DNA of 64,000 bases from assembly GCF_006345805.1 (NCBI RefSeq), contig NC_043006.1:68324001-68388000 (forward strand), in the 5' to 3' direction. The translations under genes and the position numbers were made by a program. The notes beneath the pieces are model-generated. The model was given only the letters and a program-made list of their open reading frames with translations, searched no databases and was not told the DNA's origin. Below, piece by piece: positions 39,073-51,720 of the stretch (its first letter is position 1; every line of letters begins with the position of its first letter). Source of the stretch: Octopus sinensis (Eukaryota).

Positions 39073-39594
39073 CAGGGGTGGGGAAACCCCTGCCTGTGGG
39101 TGCAATTGCGCCTGTGAGCACATTCTGTTGTACCCGCAGGCCGATATACTTGTATGTACAAAATATAATAAATTTTTCAATTATAAAATTTATACAATAT
39201 TCATATGCCTATTTACGACATAGGTCGTGTTTCCACTGTGACTTAAAATGGTTAAACTCGAACAGAAAACGTCCGGTAGTTGCCATTTGAATGGAAATTT
39301 TGTTTTCTCTATAAAATACATATTGCTAGGTTTGTACCCTCCCCTTGAGCCAAACTACACTGAAAAATATAGAATACCGCATAAGAAATACAAATGTCCT
39401 AAATTCAGTGGTGGTGTTAATGAAGATGTTACATGTTAATTTAATGTCTTAAACTTATCTTTATTAATGTATATCGAATTATATGTAGATATATACAAAA
39501 TTTACACATATAAGAGTTAGAACTTGTGGTTCGCTTGTGGACCTTTACCATAGGAAATTTTTGCCTACCGCACTAAAAAGTTTCCTCACCCCTG
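39073..39594. mobile_element. hAT (Charlie-like) non-autonomous element, 522 bp
   Basis: TIR CAGGGGTGGGGAAAC / GTTTCCTCACCCCTG; 8-bp flanks gggtagat / gtgtaaat (6/8 match). Confidence 0.8.
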
Positions 39595-40097
39595 GTGTAA
39601 ATTGTTGTGGATATGGTTTAGTATTTAGGTAAATTGAACTGAAGAGGGCAGAACTTTGAGCTTCACTGACAGTAAACAAAAATGATTGATTTTATGGAAT
39701 ATATTCACTAATGTTGTTGTCGATGACACAGGAAGTGGTGTTTATTATTCTGTCACTTAAATGTTGTAATTTTTCTTTTAGTTTGTAAAATTGGTCGTTA
39801 CAAATTCTAAATATGTGGTATGGTACCAAAAATGGAACATACCAGCAAGATGTGGAGAGTAGTAAATTGGAAGAAGAACTGGTTCGGTGGACAAAAAGAT
39901 GATGATAAAAGGATCCATAAGAAATGACTCAGACAAAAATAGCATTCATTTTCTAGGTTGTTCAATTATTCTGAACCGATCAATGGGGTGATTGAACAAA
40001 TCTATCAATAATGAACCTATATTGACTACTGGAAACAACTATAAGTCAAATTAACTTCAATAAATAAAAATATGTAATGACCATTGTTTATGCCTTT

Positions 40098-40138
<41 letters not shown>

Positions 40139-41054
40139 TGGAGACATACACACACGCACACATACACAGATATAATTATCCAACATGAGGATACTATCAT
40201 AACAAGCATAAACAAATGTGTATTTATAACTCTGGCGTTACCAAGGAAAAGATGAGGATGGTCATGACTGGAACATTTTTGATTGTAAGTCTACTCAATC
40301 AGGACTGTCCTTGGGTTAAACAATAATTACATTTCTATACACACACACATACATACATGATCATACATACATCAAACCATTACTAAACGCATGTGGAAAC
40401 ATTTATATAAGCATTAACAGAAATATAAATTTATCAAGAGTTTGTAGGTATGTGTGTGTACACACACACACACACACACTCATATATGATCTGTTGTATT
40501 AATATATATGTAGTGTTCCCTTGGTCCTTTTGTCAAGTGCCACCACTCCACTTCTTACCACCACCACCACGACCACCACCACCAGCTGCACATGCACACA
40601 ACAGTCATGTTACTAAAAACACATAACCAGTGTTAGTATGTAGCTAGATCTCACTACACAAAACTATAGTTCACAGTTGTCACTCAACTATTTCTAAAGA
40701 TTCTTATTACATGCATAGGTTCTTCATTTTTCAAGTTGGCTCCAGTTCATAAATGCAGTCATCATCATCATCATCATCATTATCATCATCAATGGATGGA
40801 AACATTTCTGATGACAATGGCGGTGATGCTGGTGATGGGGATCCTGTGGTAGGAGTAAAAATTTGGTAATTTTTCCAACCGAACCGTTTATAGTTTTAGG
40901 GCTCTTCCTGGCTCCCCACCGACTGTTTCACAGACAGCCTGCAAGATTTGGAAATTTGATGATGGTATATATCTGAAGTTTTAAACATTTCCACAAGTTT
41001 ATTCTCCAATGTCAGCAATAATCAACAGTCTACAGCTGGTTATAGAGCCATAAA

Positions 41055-41097
<43 letters not shown>

Positions 41098-41557
41098 AGT
41101 GTGAGTGTGTGTGTGTGTGCGCGCGGGCATGCTTCAGACTCTGCTGCTTAACAACAAATGGTACAGGACTGGCTATAGGGCCATAACAGAACTAGGTTTC
41201 ACAAGAGCAATAATATGGCTGGACAGCAGTATTTCAACAACAGACTGGCACAGAATAATCTTGCTAAATAAATACATAACCAATTATTTGATCTTTCATA
41301 GAAACAATTATCTCTTAATGGAGTAATAACAACAAAAAGGGTTCAGTGGAAGAAGCAAGGTTAGAGAAAAATGAAATGATTGATGAAATAAAAACTAAGG
41401 AGGAATATATTAAACAGTAGTGAACATGTGTTGTTTAAAACAAAGGTGAAAGAGAGAAAACATTAAATTTGTATTGGTGCCATTCCAATATCAGTAGCAT
41501 TTGAAGGAATAAAAGAACTCTTTAAATCTAACACAATATGGATAGAAATAATATGAT

Positions 41558-41580
41558 TATATATATATATATATATATAT

Positions 41581-41650
<70 letters not shown>

Positions 41651-41762
41651 GGATAGACAAATTTATGGACAAACAGATAGGCAGATAGATTGATAGATAG
41701 CCAGATATATAGATAGATAGTTAGACAGAGAGAGATGGCTAGTTAGACAGACAAACACACAT

Positions 41763-41844
<82 letters not shown>

Positions 41845-41845
41845 C
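41558..41845. repeat. Compound microsatellite (TA)n(AGAT)n(AG)n...(AGAT)n
   Basis: Directly visible. Confidence 0.95.
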
Positions 41846-42174
41846 TGAAGCTAATAAATACACTCTGCTATATGCATTGAATAAGCTTTCTCTGATATGC
41901 ACACCAAAACACACATACATATCTGTACAGTGCTTCTATTGGTAGCAGTCATCCCACTAGCGGCACTGTTATACTATCATCAGTAATGTGATGTAAGTTT
42001 GTCATTGTTTACATTGTTTTTTAATATAGGCAGAAAGCCAGAAATTTTAGAGGCAAGGGGTTACCTGATACCACTCACCACTCCAATATTTTATTTCATT
42101 GATCCTGGAAGGATGAAAAAGCAATACTGACCTCAGTGAGATTTGAACACTGTATATAAAGAAAGGACCGTTAA

Positions 42175-42386
42175 CCTTTTAGCATTTAGATTACTCTGTC
42201 AAATGTAATGCTTATTTATACACATCAATTTGAATTAATTATTCATTATTTTGTCGCTGTGAGATTTTGATAATGTGATTGTTTAGACTGACATTGTATG
42301 GTAGGCATGAAAAGTTGGATCTGGTCAGTTTGAACACAAAATGCAGAATATTTGGCCTGGATGTGGCCGGTTTAAATGCTAAAGGA
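42175..42386 (+). mobile_element. Family D MITE with a TTAA duplication, nested in a family B SINE (42025-42445)
   Basis: TTAA|ccttttagcattt...aaatgctaaagga|TTAA; the SINE body continues on both sides. Confidence 0.85.
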
Positions 42387-43161
42387 TTAAATACTGGAAG
42401 ACACTGCGCTGAACACAATAACAAGACTGCCACTCTACTGCCCTTCTTGATGTTAACATTAACAGAAGTAAAAAAATAAAACTATACTTACACATACACA
42501 CATGGAGAAAGAGAGTCATACTAGTGTTTAATTTATCATCAGAAACTTCCACAGAAATCAACACAATGTTTTTGTTGCTGTTGTTGTCAGTCACAGACTA
42601 TCTGCAAGGTGTAATCCAGTGTCTGGGGTGTTTAATCCTTCATTTGTCAACACCAAATTGTAAAAAGAACTGAGAAAGTGGGGGAGAAAGTTGCACCCCT
42701 CTCAATGTGGACTCACAGATTTGTGGTAAATAAACTGTTGGTATTTGCAGGAATGGCTTAGTAGTAGAAGTAGTAATTGTAGTAGTGGTGGTGGTGGATG
42801 TGGTGGTGTAAAGGAGTGGGTTGGGGGTGGGGGTAAAGTGAGTGTAACTGGTGTAATTCCCCACCTTGTTGGAGAACCCCAAGCTACTTGGTCTGGTGAA
42901 GGCAAGATCAACAGCCTACTGGAGTGTTGATATTGTTGTGGAGGAAAAAAACAGAGAGGAAGAGTGGTAGAGAGAGAAAGAGAGAGTAGAAACGAGAGGG
43001 GAACAAAGTGGGAGAGAAAGAGAGAGAGAAGAAGAAAGTATGAGACTAAAAGAGGAAGACTAAGTTCAGCTGTCAGTTCTAGTTACACACACACACACAC
43101 ACATACATTTATTAATGGTGGTAGCAGTGGTGAGAGGTATTAACTACAACATGAACAGTAA

Positions 43162-43194
<33 letters not shown>

Positions 43195-43392
43195 CAGTAG
43201 CAGCAGCTTCAGCCACAGTAACTATCAACAGGAACAAGTCAGTGAAAGTAGTGGTGGTAGAGGTGGTGGTGTTAGCAGAAGTGAAAAGTCTGGAAGTATA
43301 TAGTTGGATCATAGTTGTAGTTATACAATGGGGGGAGAGAGAGAGAGAGAGAGTGTATGTTTATATGGTATATTATATGTATTTTGTATATA

Positions 43393-43427
<35 letters not shown>

Positions 43428-43899
43428 ATATGTATGTAGTGTGTGTGTATATATATATATATATATAATATATATATAATGGAGAGAGAGAGGAGAGGGG
43501 AGCTGGGAACACGTAAGGGGAAGGAAAAAAGAGTGTGTTTAGTGATATGGGAGAAAGAGCATAGTATGTGGGTCCTTATTAAGGGACCAACAACTGATTA
43601 ACTTGTAACTCCTCACCCAGTCATACCCACCACATACACATGCCAGGAAGTAGCACCACACCCATGTCTGTACTACCCCTACTTTATGCTTAGGGAGTTT
43701 CTGCATCTGGGAGAGGTGAGGATGAAAGGGAGTCAGACCCTCACTGCAATCCTTAAAGTTTGATGTTTTGACTACGAGTGAAGTGATGCACAGCCGGTTG
43801 AGTGGAGAATTGAGCTAGAGTAAGACAGCCTGGTGAGTGGAGGTGGAGTGAGATTGATCCTGGTGAGTGGAGATAATAGTCTAGAAGGGATCAGTTTAA

Positions 43900-44085
43900 A
43901 ATGTCACAAGAGGTCACAGTGGTGTTAGGTCAGATGTCACCAGAGATCACATATTAGTGTTAGGTAAGTAGTCAGCAGATGCTACAATGGTGTTAGGTCA
44001 AGTGTCCTCAGAACCTCAGAAGTAAGAATGGTATGAGGTCAGGTACCACCAGAGATCAAAATCGTGTGAGGCCAAGTGTCATTAA
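43900..44085. repeat. Diverged ~33-bp tandem repeat (tcaccagagatcacaatggtgttaggtcaagtg-like), ~5 copies
   Basis: gtgttaggtca / cagagatca recur. Confidence 0.65.
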
Positions 44086-45547
44086 AGGTCAGGTATTGGG
44101 CATTGCATGGAAATAAGGCACCTTGATCTATTTCAAGAGTAATTAATGTAGCCGTTATTGAAGACAATGGCCAAGTAGAGAGGAAGTGTTGATCAATTGG
44201 TTGAAATGGTATTGTAGGTTCAACTCCAACTAATGGCAATGCTCTTTGTCAGTTACAAGTATTGGCTGTAGTAGTGTGGTGGTGGTCTTATTTTTTGCAG
44301 CCCTAGGTCAGTTTACATCCAGCAGATCAAAAGTGTTCCATATGTTTTTGTATACATATCATGAACTACAATATCCAATGTGTCCTTTTAAAAGAGATTT
44401 GGTTACTATTTCAAGAAATTTGAGCAACTACAAGGAGGTTTTCTTCAATGACTTGCACTCTAAGCAGTGTGGTAGGAGGAGTCAGAAGAAAACATGAAGA
44501 TTCTTTCATTCTTTTACTTGTTTCAGTCATTTGACTGTGGCTATGCTGGAGCACTGCCTTATATATAAAGGTTTAGGTTATATTATGGGTGTAAAAGTGA
44601 CAGTAAGGTTGTGTGGTTAAGAAGTTCAGTTTAGAACTGCGTTGCCTCAGGTTTGATCTCAGAATATGACACCTTGGTAAAGTATTTTCTACCACAGTCT
44701 CAAGTTGATCAAAACTTTATGAGTGAAATTTGGTAAATGGAAACTCTGTAGAAGGCTGTCTAATACACACAAAGAAAAACCCTTTATTCTCTACTGTAGC
44801 AGTAATCCCATAAAACTGTCATACTCCTACAACTCAAGCCCGTTATACAATCCCAAGTTTCAAATCTATTCTTGATTTATCATTTACAAGATAGCCTTTT
44901 ATGTAGCTGCTAGAAATAGTTACTAAATCTCCCTAAAAATCATCCCATGATCTTGAAAAAAATGGTGGGTGCATTAGATTGAGTGGTCTTGGAAAAGCTT
45001 TTATCAGAGGTAAGCTGAAACAAACTTGGAGTTAAACAACAACTTTATATCAACCATAGAAACAGAACTAGTTTATAACTTCTGATAACATATTCGAAAA
45101 ATCTCTTGTTCTCAATCAATAAACAGCTGACCATTCAAGAGTTTCTGATGAACTTAAAACTCTGGAATCATTTGTGTCAACCTGGCAGAGATCCTCATGT
45201 AGCTAAAGTGAACTTCAGTGGATGATACACATTATTGAGTGATTAAGGTGAGTGAATCACTTCGTTGAATAAATTAGTATGAATGAATCATTTCACTAAA
45301 TGGTTAAGGTGAGCAAGAGAATTTTGAATGTTGCATCTTGAAATGAAATGTAGGTAACATAATCATATTTGTGATGTCGACATATGACATCTTAACACAT
45401 GTTAACACACGATGTAGCTATCATGCAAATTGTAAACAATTGTTACCACAAACTATAAATGACTATGAACTAAATAATAAGCCTCTACTTGGTCACTTTA
45501 TCTATTTGAAATAGCAGCTAACTGTCCTTCAAATCATGTCTTATTAA

Positions 45548-45767
45548 CCCTTTCATTACCAACCCGGCTGAAACTGGCTCTGGCTCTGAGTACAAATGTC
45601 TTGTTTTCCTAAGTTTTGAATTAAAATCTTCCACCAAACTTTAGTCACAATTTATGTTCCTAACACTAGCTGAATGATAACTAAGTTATTTTACTAAATT
45701 CTTTGTTATATTTAAAGTAATTGAAAGAAACACAGAGCATCTCAAAATAAATACAGTAACAAAAGGG
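45548..45767 (+). mobile_element. TTAA/piggyBac-like MITE (family C), 220 bp
   Basis: TTAA|ccctttcattac...gtaacaaaaggg|TTAA; highly similar to 50895-51114 and (inverted) 59644-59864. Confidence 0.9.
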
Positions 45768-47105
45768 TTAAATAAATATACACTGGGCAACGTAGTCCTT
45801 GATATACATAATGATGGGCTGCTGGTTTCCTATCTAAATCAAAACTGACCAAGGGCTAAACAACAATAGCTACAACAACAGCAATATATTGAGATGCAGT
45901 GGTGGATTATAATGGCTAAGTAACCACGGTTGCAGGTGTTGTTATGGTGATGGCTGGACATGTTGGATTATTCAATAAAAGCGTCCCGTTAATATATATC
46001 TGGTATAAACAACCATGAGATGATTATGTGAAAATAGGAATTTGGAAAACTATGTTTAGTGTAGAAAAGTAGATTTAAAGATTTGAATTCCAAATTTGTC
46101 AAAATTTAAACACTAAGTCATTTAAACTAAACAACAGTGGAAATACATATAGCCTGTCAGTTATTTTATGAGTCCAAAGCTGAAATTCGAAACAGTTTGC
46201 TGGAGAATATAATCAGAAATGAAGAAAAAAAACCCTCAAAAAGAGATGGTGTATAAACCACAAGAACTGAATTGTGTCTGTGTGACATAAATAATCAGAA
46301 TTGTTCCAGTCTTCAATGTTATTTTGGCAATTTGACTCCCCCTACCTTCTTACTAGCTTATCAGAAAGTATAACCATGCCATTTACATGTATGGATTACA
46401 GCTAATCCTGACTGAGACTAACACAACACAAAATTATTTAGGCACTGAAATGGGTTTTTTTTTAAAAAATACACTTATGTAGTTAAGTTGTAAACACACT
46501 GAGGTAAAAAAAAAAAAAAGATGTAAACACACTGAAAAAGGGTCATCATCATTATCATCAGTGTTTTAACATCCACTTTTCCATGCTTGCATGGATCGGG
46601 TGGAATTGAGGCAGATTTTCTACTGCTGTATGCCCTTCTTGTCACCAACTGTTTCTAATTAAGGAAAGATTTTCCTATGGCTAGACATGTTTTTCATGGA
46701 AGATTGGAAATGAAGGACACTGCTTGAATGATGCTGGCAATCATTTTACAGCGATTACAATGATGACGAGACGAGGAGACACAAACAAACACAAAAAAGT
46801 AAGTATAAGCACAATAATGTAATGTGTTATGCTTGATTTACCATTATCAATACACTGATTCAATGTATGTATATTGCACTGGTAGGGTACTTTACAAGTG
46901 TTTCAGCACAAATCAATATACTGAGGAAATACAAGAACACAGCTTTTAGAGAGACACACAGATGCTTTAAACCTCTGAACTGTGATGATGGATTTCATAA
47001 AGAAGCAGAACCCTATTCTGAACTCCTGACTGGAGTTGGATACATGGAAGGACATATTTGTTATTGCAGAGCAGTAAAAGGACGCATATATTTCTACATT
47101 TCTGG

Positions 47106-47484
47106 CTCTTTTACTCTTTTACTTGTTTCAGTCATTTGACTACAGCCATGCTGGAGCACCGCCTTTAGTCGAGCAAATCGAACCCAGGACTTCTTCTTTT
47201 ATTCTATCGGTCTCTTTTGCCGAACTGCTAAGTTACAGGGATGTAAACACACCAGCATTGGTTGTCAAGTAATGTTGTGGGGACGAACATAGACACACAA
47301 ACACACATATATATATACATATATACGACGGGCTTCTTCCAGTTTTCGTCTACCAGATCCACTCACAAGGCTCTGGTTGGCCCGAGGCTATAGTAGAAGA
47401 CACTTGCCCAAGGAGCCTAGCAGTGGGACTGAACCCGGAACCATGTGGTTGGTAAGCAAGCTACTTACCACACAGCCACTCCTG
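47106..47484 (-). mobile_element. Relatively young, full-length family G SINE
   Basis: CpG-retaining copy. The minus strand starts caggagtggctgtgtggtaag, has the B box gggttcagtccc, and ends in an (aaaagagt)n tail. Confidence 0.9.
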
Positions 47485-47983
47485 GCTCTCAATATTCTTG
47501 ATTTTCCTTTTCTCTCAGTTCATCCAGCTGAATACAAACCAGCTGATTATGGACTTGAAAGTGCTCACAGTTACGAGAGAGAACTTAAACTCACCATCAC
47601 GGTATCTAGTTGACAATTTGTTATGCTACTCTATCACTTTGTAGTAACTCATACGTAACATTAATAACAAAGGAATATGTGACTGCACTGACCTACTCCC
47701 CAACTTACAAAACACATTGCCTGAGATACACCAGCACATGAAGCAACGGGCGTCTTTAGTTAGTCTCAAAATGCCTTAATGGATGACACTAAATCTACAA
47801 GGTTGCAATTAAAGAGACAAAAATACTCCGTGACAAACAATGAGAGTCATCATGGTAGGAGGTATCTAAATATGGTCTAATGACACTGAAGACATTGTTG
47901 GAAGTTCTTAGCCGGAGGGGTAAGAGGAAAGAAATGACAGAGGTGTGGGCTAATTACAACTGTGTATGTGTGAGTGAAAAAAG

Positions 47984-48072
<89 letters not shown>

Positions 48073-48189
48073 GCATGTGTGTGTGTGTGTGTATTTGTGT
48101 ATGTGTATATGTGTGTGTATATATATATATATATATGATGTATATTATGTGTCTGTGTGAATCCAGAATCAGTTGTACAAATGGACTTC

Positions 48190-48592
48190 TTTTTATCTCT
48201 TATTTTTTACTTGTTTCAGTCACTAGATTGTGGCCATGCTGGGGCACCACTTTGAAGAATTTTAATTGAATGAATCGACTCCAGTACTCATTTTTTAAAA
48301 GTCTAATACTTATTTTAATTGGTCTCTTTTACTGACCTACTAAGTTACAGGGACTTAAACACACCAAAACTGGTTGTCAATCAGTGGTGGGGAGGACAAA
48401 GACACACACACACACACACACATTTACATATATGATGGGCTTCTTTCAGTTTCTACCCACCAAATCCACTCACAAGGCTTTGGCCACCTTGAGGCTAGAG
48501 TAGAAGACACTTCCCCAAGGTACCATGGAGTGAGACTGAACCTAGAACCATGTGGTTAGGAAACAAACTTCTTACCACACAGCCATGCCTGC
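48190..48592 (-). mobile_element. Family G SINE
   Basis: Same structure as 47106-47484. Confidence 0.85.
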
Positions 48593-49570
48593 ACTTGTTT
48601 AGACATACATAAAGTTATTCATGTGTTCATTCATTTGTTTTGCAATCATTTTTTCATGCATGGGTTAGGTGAATACATATTATTGAGGCACTGTTTTACA
48701 GCTGGATGCCTTTCCTATTGCTAACACTTACCTGTTTTATGAGTAAAGCAGTTTTCATTCCACTCATCTCCTAAAGCACTGATGTCAATGATGGAAGAAT
48801 TTGCCTCTGGTATGTATGTATAGTACTACTGATCAAAGTAGTGGTTGATATATAGTGTTGGATGTTAGTGGATTATATCATAAGTACCATGTATACCAAA
48901 GGGCCACGGGTCACAAGTAGTGAGAGAAGGCCTCCTAAACATAACATAGTAATCTTGTACATCATTTTGTAAAAGAAATGAATGTCAGAATGTTTTGACC
49001 AGAAATAGTATATCTAATACACAGTGTATAAAAACACCTGAAATAACGAGAAATATTGTTGAGGTATATGAGAAACACACACTAAATACATACCCTGAAA
49101 AATAGGTGTATTTAGGGTAGTTCTTGTGCAGTGATATCATGTTATTTAGCTCCCAAATCAGGTTTGGCTGATCAAGCAGACCTATGAGCAAAAGCACTCT
49201 AGACATGACCATGCCATCTAGTTTTTTCTCTCGGACTCAATCTATTTTGGGACTACATTATACAATATGCTGCTCCCATTTTTTGAGAAGGTAGGCTGTT
49301 ACTTGAGAGAAATTTGGCTACTATTTCTAGCAGGTCAAACAACTGTGGAAGATGTTACTGCTATGATCTGAATGTGTGACACAGTTAATGAAGCAGTGGA
49401 CATGAAGTAAACAGACATTATATACACACACACACCATTACATTCGGTTTGTACAATCACATACATATGCATATATACACATTGGTGAATGTTTTTTTGT
49501 GTCAAGTTACAATTAAAACATTTAAAAATTAAACTGAAGAATTACTCAATACTTTTTGTCATGTACATAT

Positions 49571-49919
49571 TTATTATTCTTTAACAAGAATAGTTTTGAC
49601 AGTTGTCGCAAAGTTTCGGCTTGCTCATTGAAACTTCAAAGTCACTGTCAAATCTATTCTTGTTGAATAATAATGATGTATGTATGTGTCTGTGTGTGCG
49701 GATGCCTCTTTCAATGTTTGTTTTTATGTTCAGTTATAATAAAAGCAATTTTACATTAATCTGATGGGTCACTCTATACTTTTGTAAAAATGGCAATTCA
49801 TTATTCTTATGCAAGAATGTTGTTGACAGTGACTTCGAAGTTTTGGCCAGCTGAGTCATTGTCCAATGATAGCTTAGCTGGCTGAAACTTTGAAATCCCT
49901 GTCAACATTCTTTTATAAG

Positions 49920-49925
<6 letters not shown>
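49571..49925. repeat. Two related palindromic units (49571-49673 and 49800-49925)
   Basis: Each folds back: attattc..aagaat..ttgacagt...aagttt..gc // gaaactt.aa.tc.ctgtcaa..attctt...gaataat. Confidence 0.8.
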
Positions 49926-49962
<37 letters not shown>

Positions 49963-49964
49963 TA

Positions 49965-50180
49965 TAGTTAATCCAAACATGGACAAAGAGAAAACACAAC
50001 AATACGAGGACGTGGAACAAGTATAGTGTTATTGGACACTCAGGAAAGGAAAGAAAGAAGGCGGATTTAATATTTCGAGCAGAGGTCTTCATCAGAAACA
50101 TAGAAAAAGGAAAGGTCCAAGGAAGGGAAGACGGAGGAAAAAAATTCGACAACGATACACACGCGGTCACATATTGAAAT
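49965..50180 (-). mobile_element. Penelope-like terminal-repeat fragment with a hammerhead relic, inserted in (TA)n
   Basis: Minus strand 50065-50100 reads GUUU-CUGAUGA-A-GAcC(ucu)GCUC-GAAAuaUU-AAAU, i.e. a minimal HHR with a stem II mismatch and GAAACGUU>GAAAUAUU (CpG-type decay). (TA)n lies on both sides. Confidence 0.6.
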
Positions 50181-50894
50181 ATATATATATATATAGCTCT
50201 CATCAAGTAGAACCATGACCTGAAGGTAGTTATGATGGTGTTGTAGTGCGGTCCATTGTCAGCTCTAATCTAACAGGCCAATGGAAGGTGTGTAGTTGGT
50301 CAAACAACCTGGTGTGGTGACCTGTCGATCAATTCAACTAAATATACTTAGTCTCTTTCTTAGCGAGGATGACACTACATCTTCCAACATGCAGTGGTTA
50401 TTGATATTCATTACCATATGATATGTGTGTGTCCTAAAGAACAGCTGTTCTGAGAGAGAGAGACATAGCAGCACCAAGTGGTGCTCCATTGTCCGCAGAT
50501 ATCAAAAGACAATGGCTGGCATTAGTAGCCTGTGTCCACCACTTCAGACACAACTGGTTAGTAAGCCTCAAGTGGAACAACCACTACAACACAACAAACT
50601 CAATCACCATTATTTTCAAGTGGACACCGATGTATTTATAACTAAGTGAAACTAAAGCAAGCAACAAACATTGTCATCTTATGGCTGCTGTTGCTACAGC
50701 CGCCATCACCACCACCACTTCTGCTACAAAAAGACAAAGCAATCATTCATCTGTTAATTCGGTTTTGTTTCTTTTCTTCACTGGGTTAGAGAAATTCCAT
50801 AACTCCAACTATGACCAACTTTTTCAAACAACTCATCCCTGTCATTACCAACATTATATAATTTCATCATCATCATCATTATAATTATTATTAA

Positions 50895-51114
50895 CCCTTT
50901 CATTACCAAACTGGCTGACACCAGCTCTGGCTCTGAGTGCGAATGTTTTGTTTCCATAAGTTTTGAATTAAAATCTTCCACCAAACATTAGTCTCAATTT
51001 ATGTTCCTAACACTAGCTTAATGATAACGAAGTTATTTTACTAAATTCTTTGTTATCTTTAAAGTAACTGAAAGAAACATAGAGCATCTCAAAATAAATA
51101 CGGTAACAAAAGGG
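50895..51114 (+). mobile_element. Family C MITE inserted at the (ATT)n/head junction of a family B SINE
   Basis: TTAA|ccctttcattac...gtaacaaaaggg|TTAT followed by ggtggcgagctagtagaattg. Confidence 0.9.
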
Positions 51115-51612
51115 TTATGGTGGCGAGCTAGTAGAATTGTTAGCATGTTGGACAAATGCTCAGTAATATTTTGTTGGTCTTTATGTTCTGAGTTCAAATT
51201 CTGCTAAGGTTGACTTTGCCTTTCATCCTTTTGGGGTTGATGAAATAAGTACCAGTTGAGTACTGGAGTCAATGTAATTGACTAGTCCCCTCCCCACAAA
51301 ATTTCAGGCCCTGTGCCTATAATAGAAAGGATTATTATTATTATTAAGGCTGTGATGTGGCAGAATTGTTAGCATGCTGGACAAAATGCTTAGTGGCATG
51401 CCCTCTGGTTTTATGTTCTGAGTTCAAATGCTGTTGAGTTGACTTCATCATTTATCCATTATGGCCAATAAGAAATATTGTACAAGACAAGAACAGTTAC
51501 AGGAGTAGGGTGTGAGTGGGCGTGTCAATGTACTGAAGTTGCTTCCTCCCCTAAAAATTGCCAGCCACGTGCCAAAATTAGAAAGAATTATTATTATTAT
51601 TATTATTATTAT
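51115..51612 (+). mobile_element. Two tandem family B SINEs with (ATT)n tails
   Basis: A-box-like tggcagaattg, B box gagttcaaattc, and tails gaaaggattattatt / gaaagaattattatt. Confidence 0.85.
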
Positions 51613-51614
51613 TA

Positions 51615-51720
51615 GCTGTAGAAACTCTGCCAGATCAGATTGGAGCCTGGTGCAACCATCTGGCTCACCAGTCCCCAGTCAAACCCATGCCTGCATGGAA
51701 AGCGGACGTTAAACGATGAT
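51615..51720 (+). mobile_element. 3' end of a family A SINE
   Basis: gctgtagaaactctgccagatcagattggagcc...catggaaagcggacgttaaacgatgat. Confidence 0.85.

Noticed and set aside
40710-41010. Unique minus-strand stretch with Pro/Ser/Asp-rich reading
   Set aside because: Stops occur in all frames and there is no consistent splice-site pair; the Asp run is an (ATC)n microsatellite.
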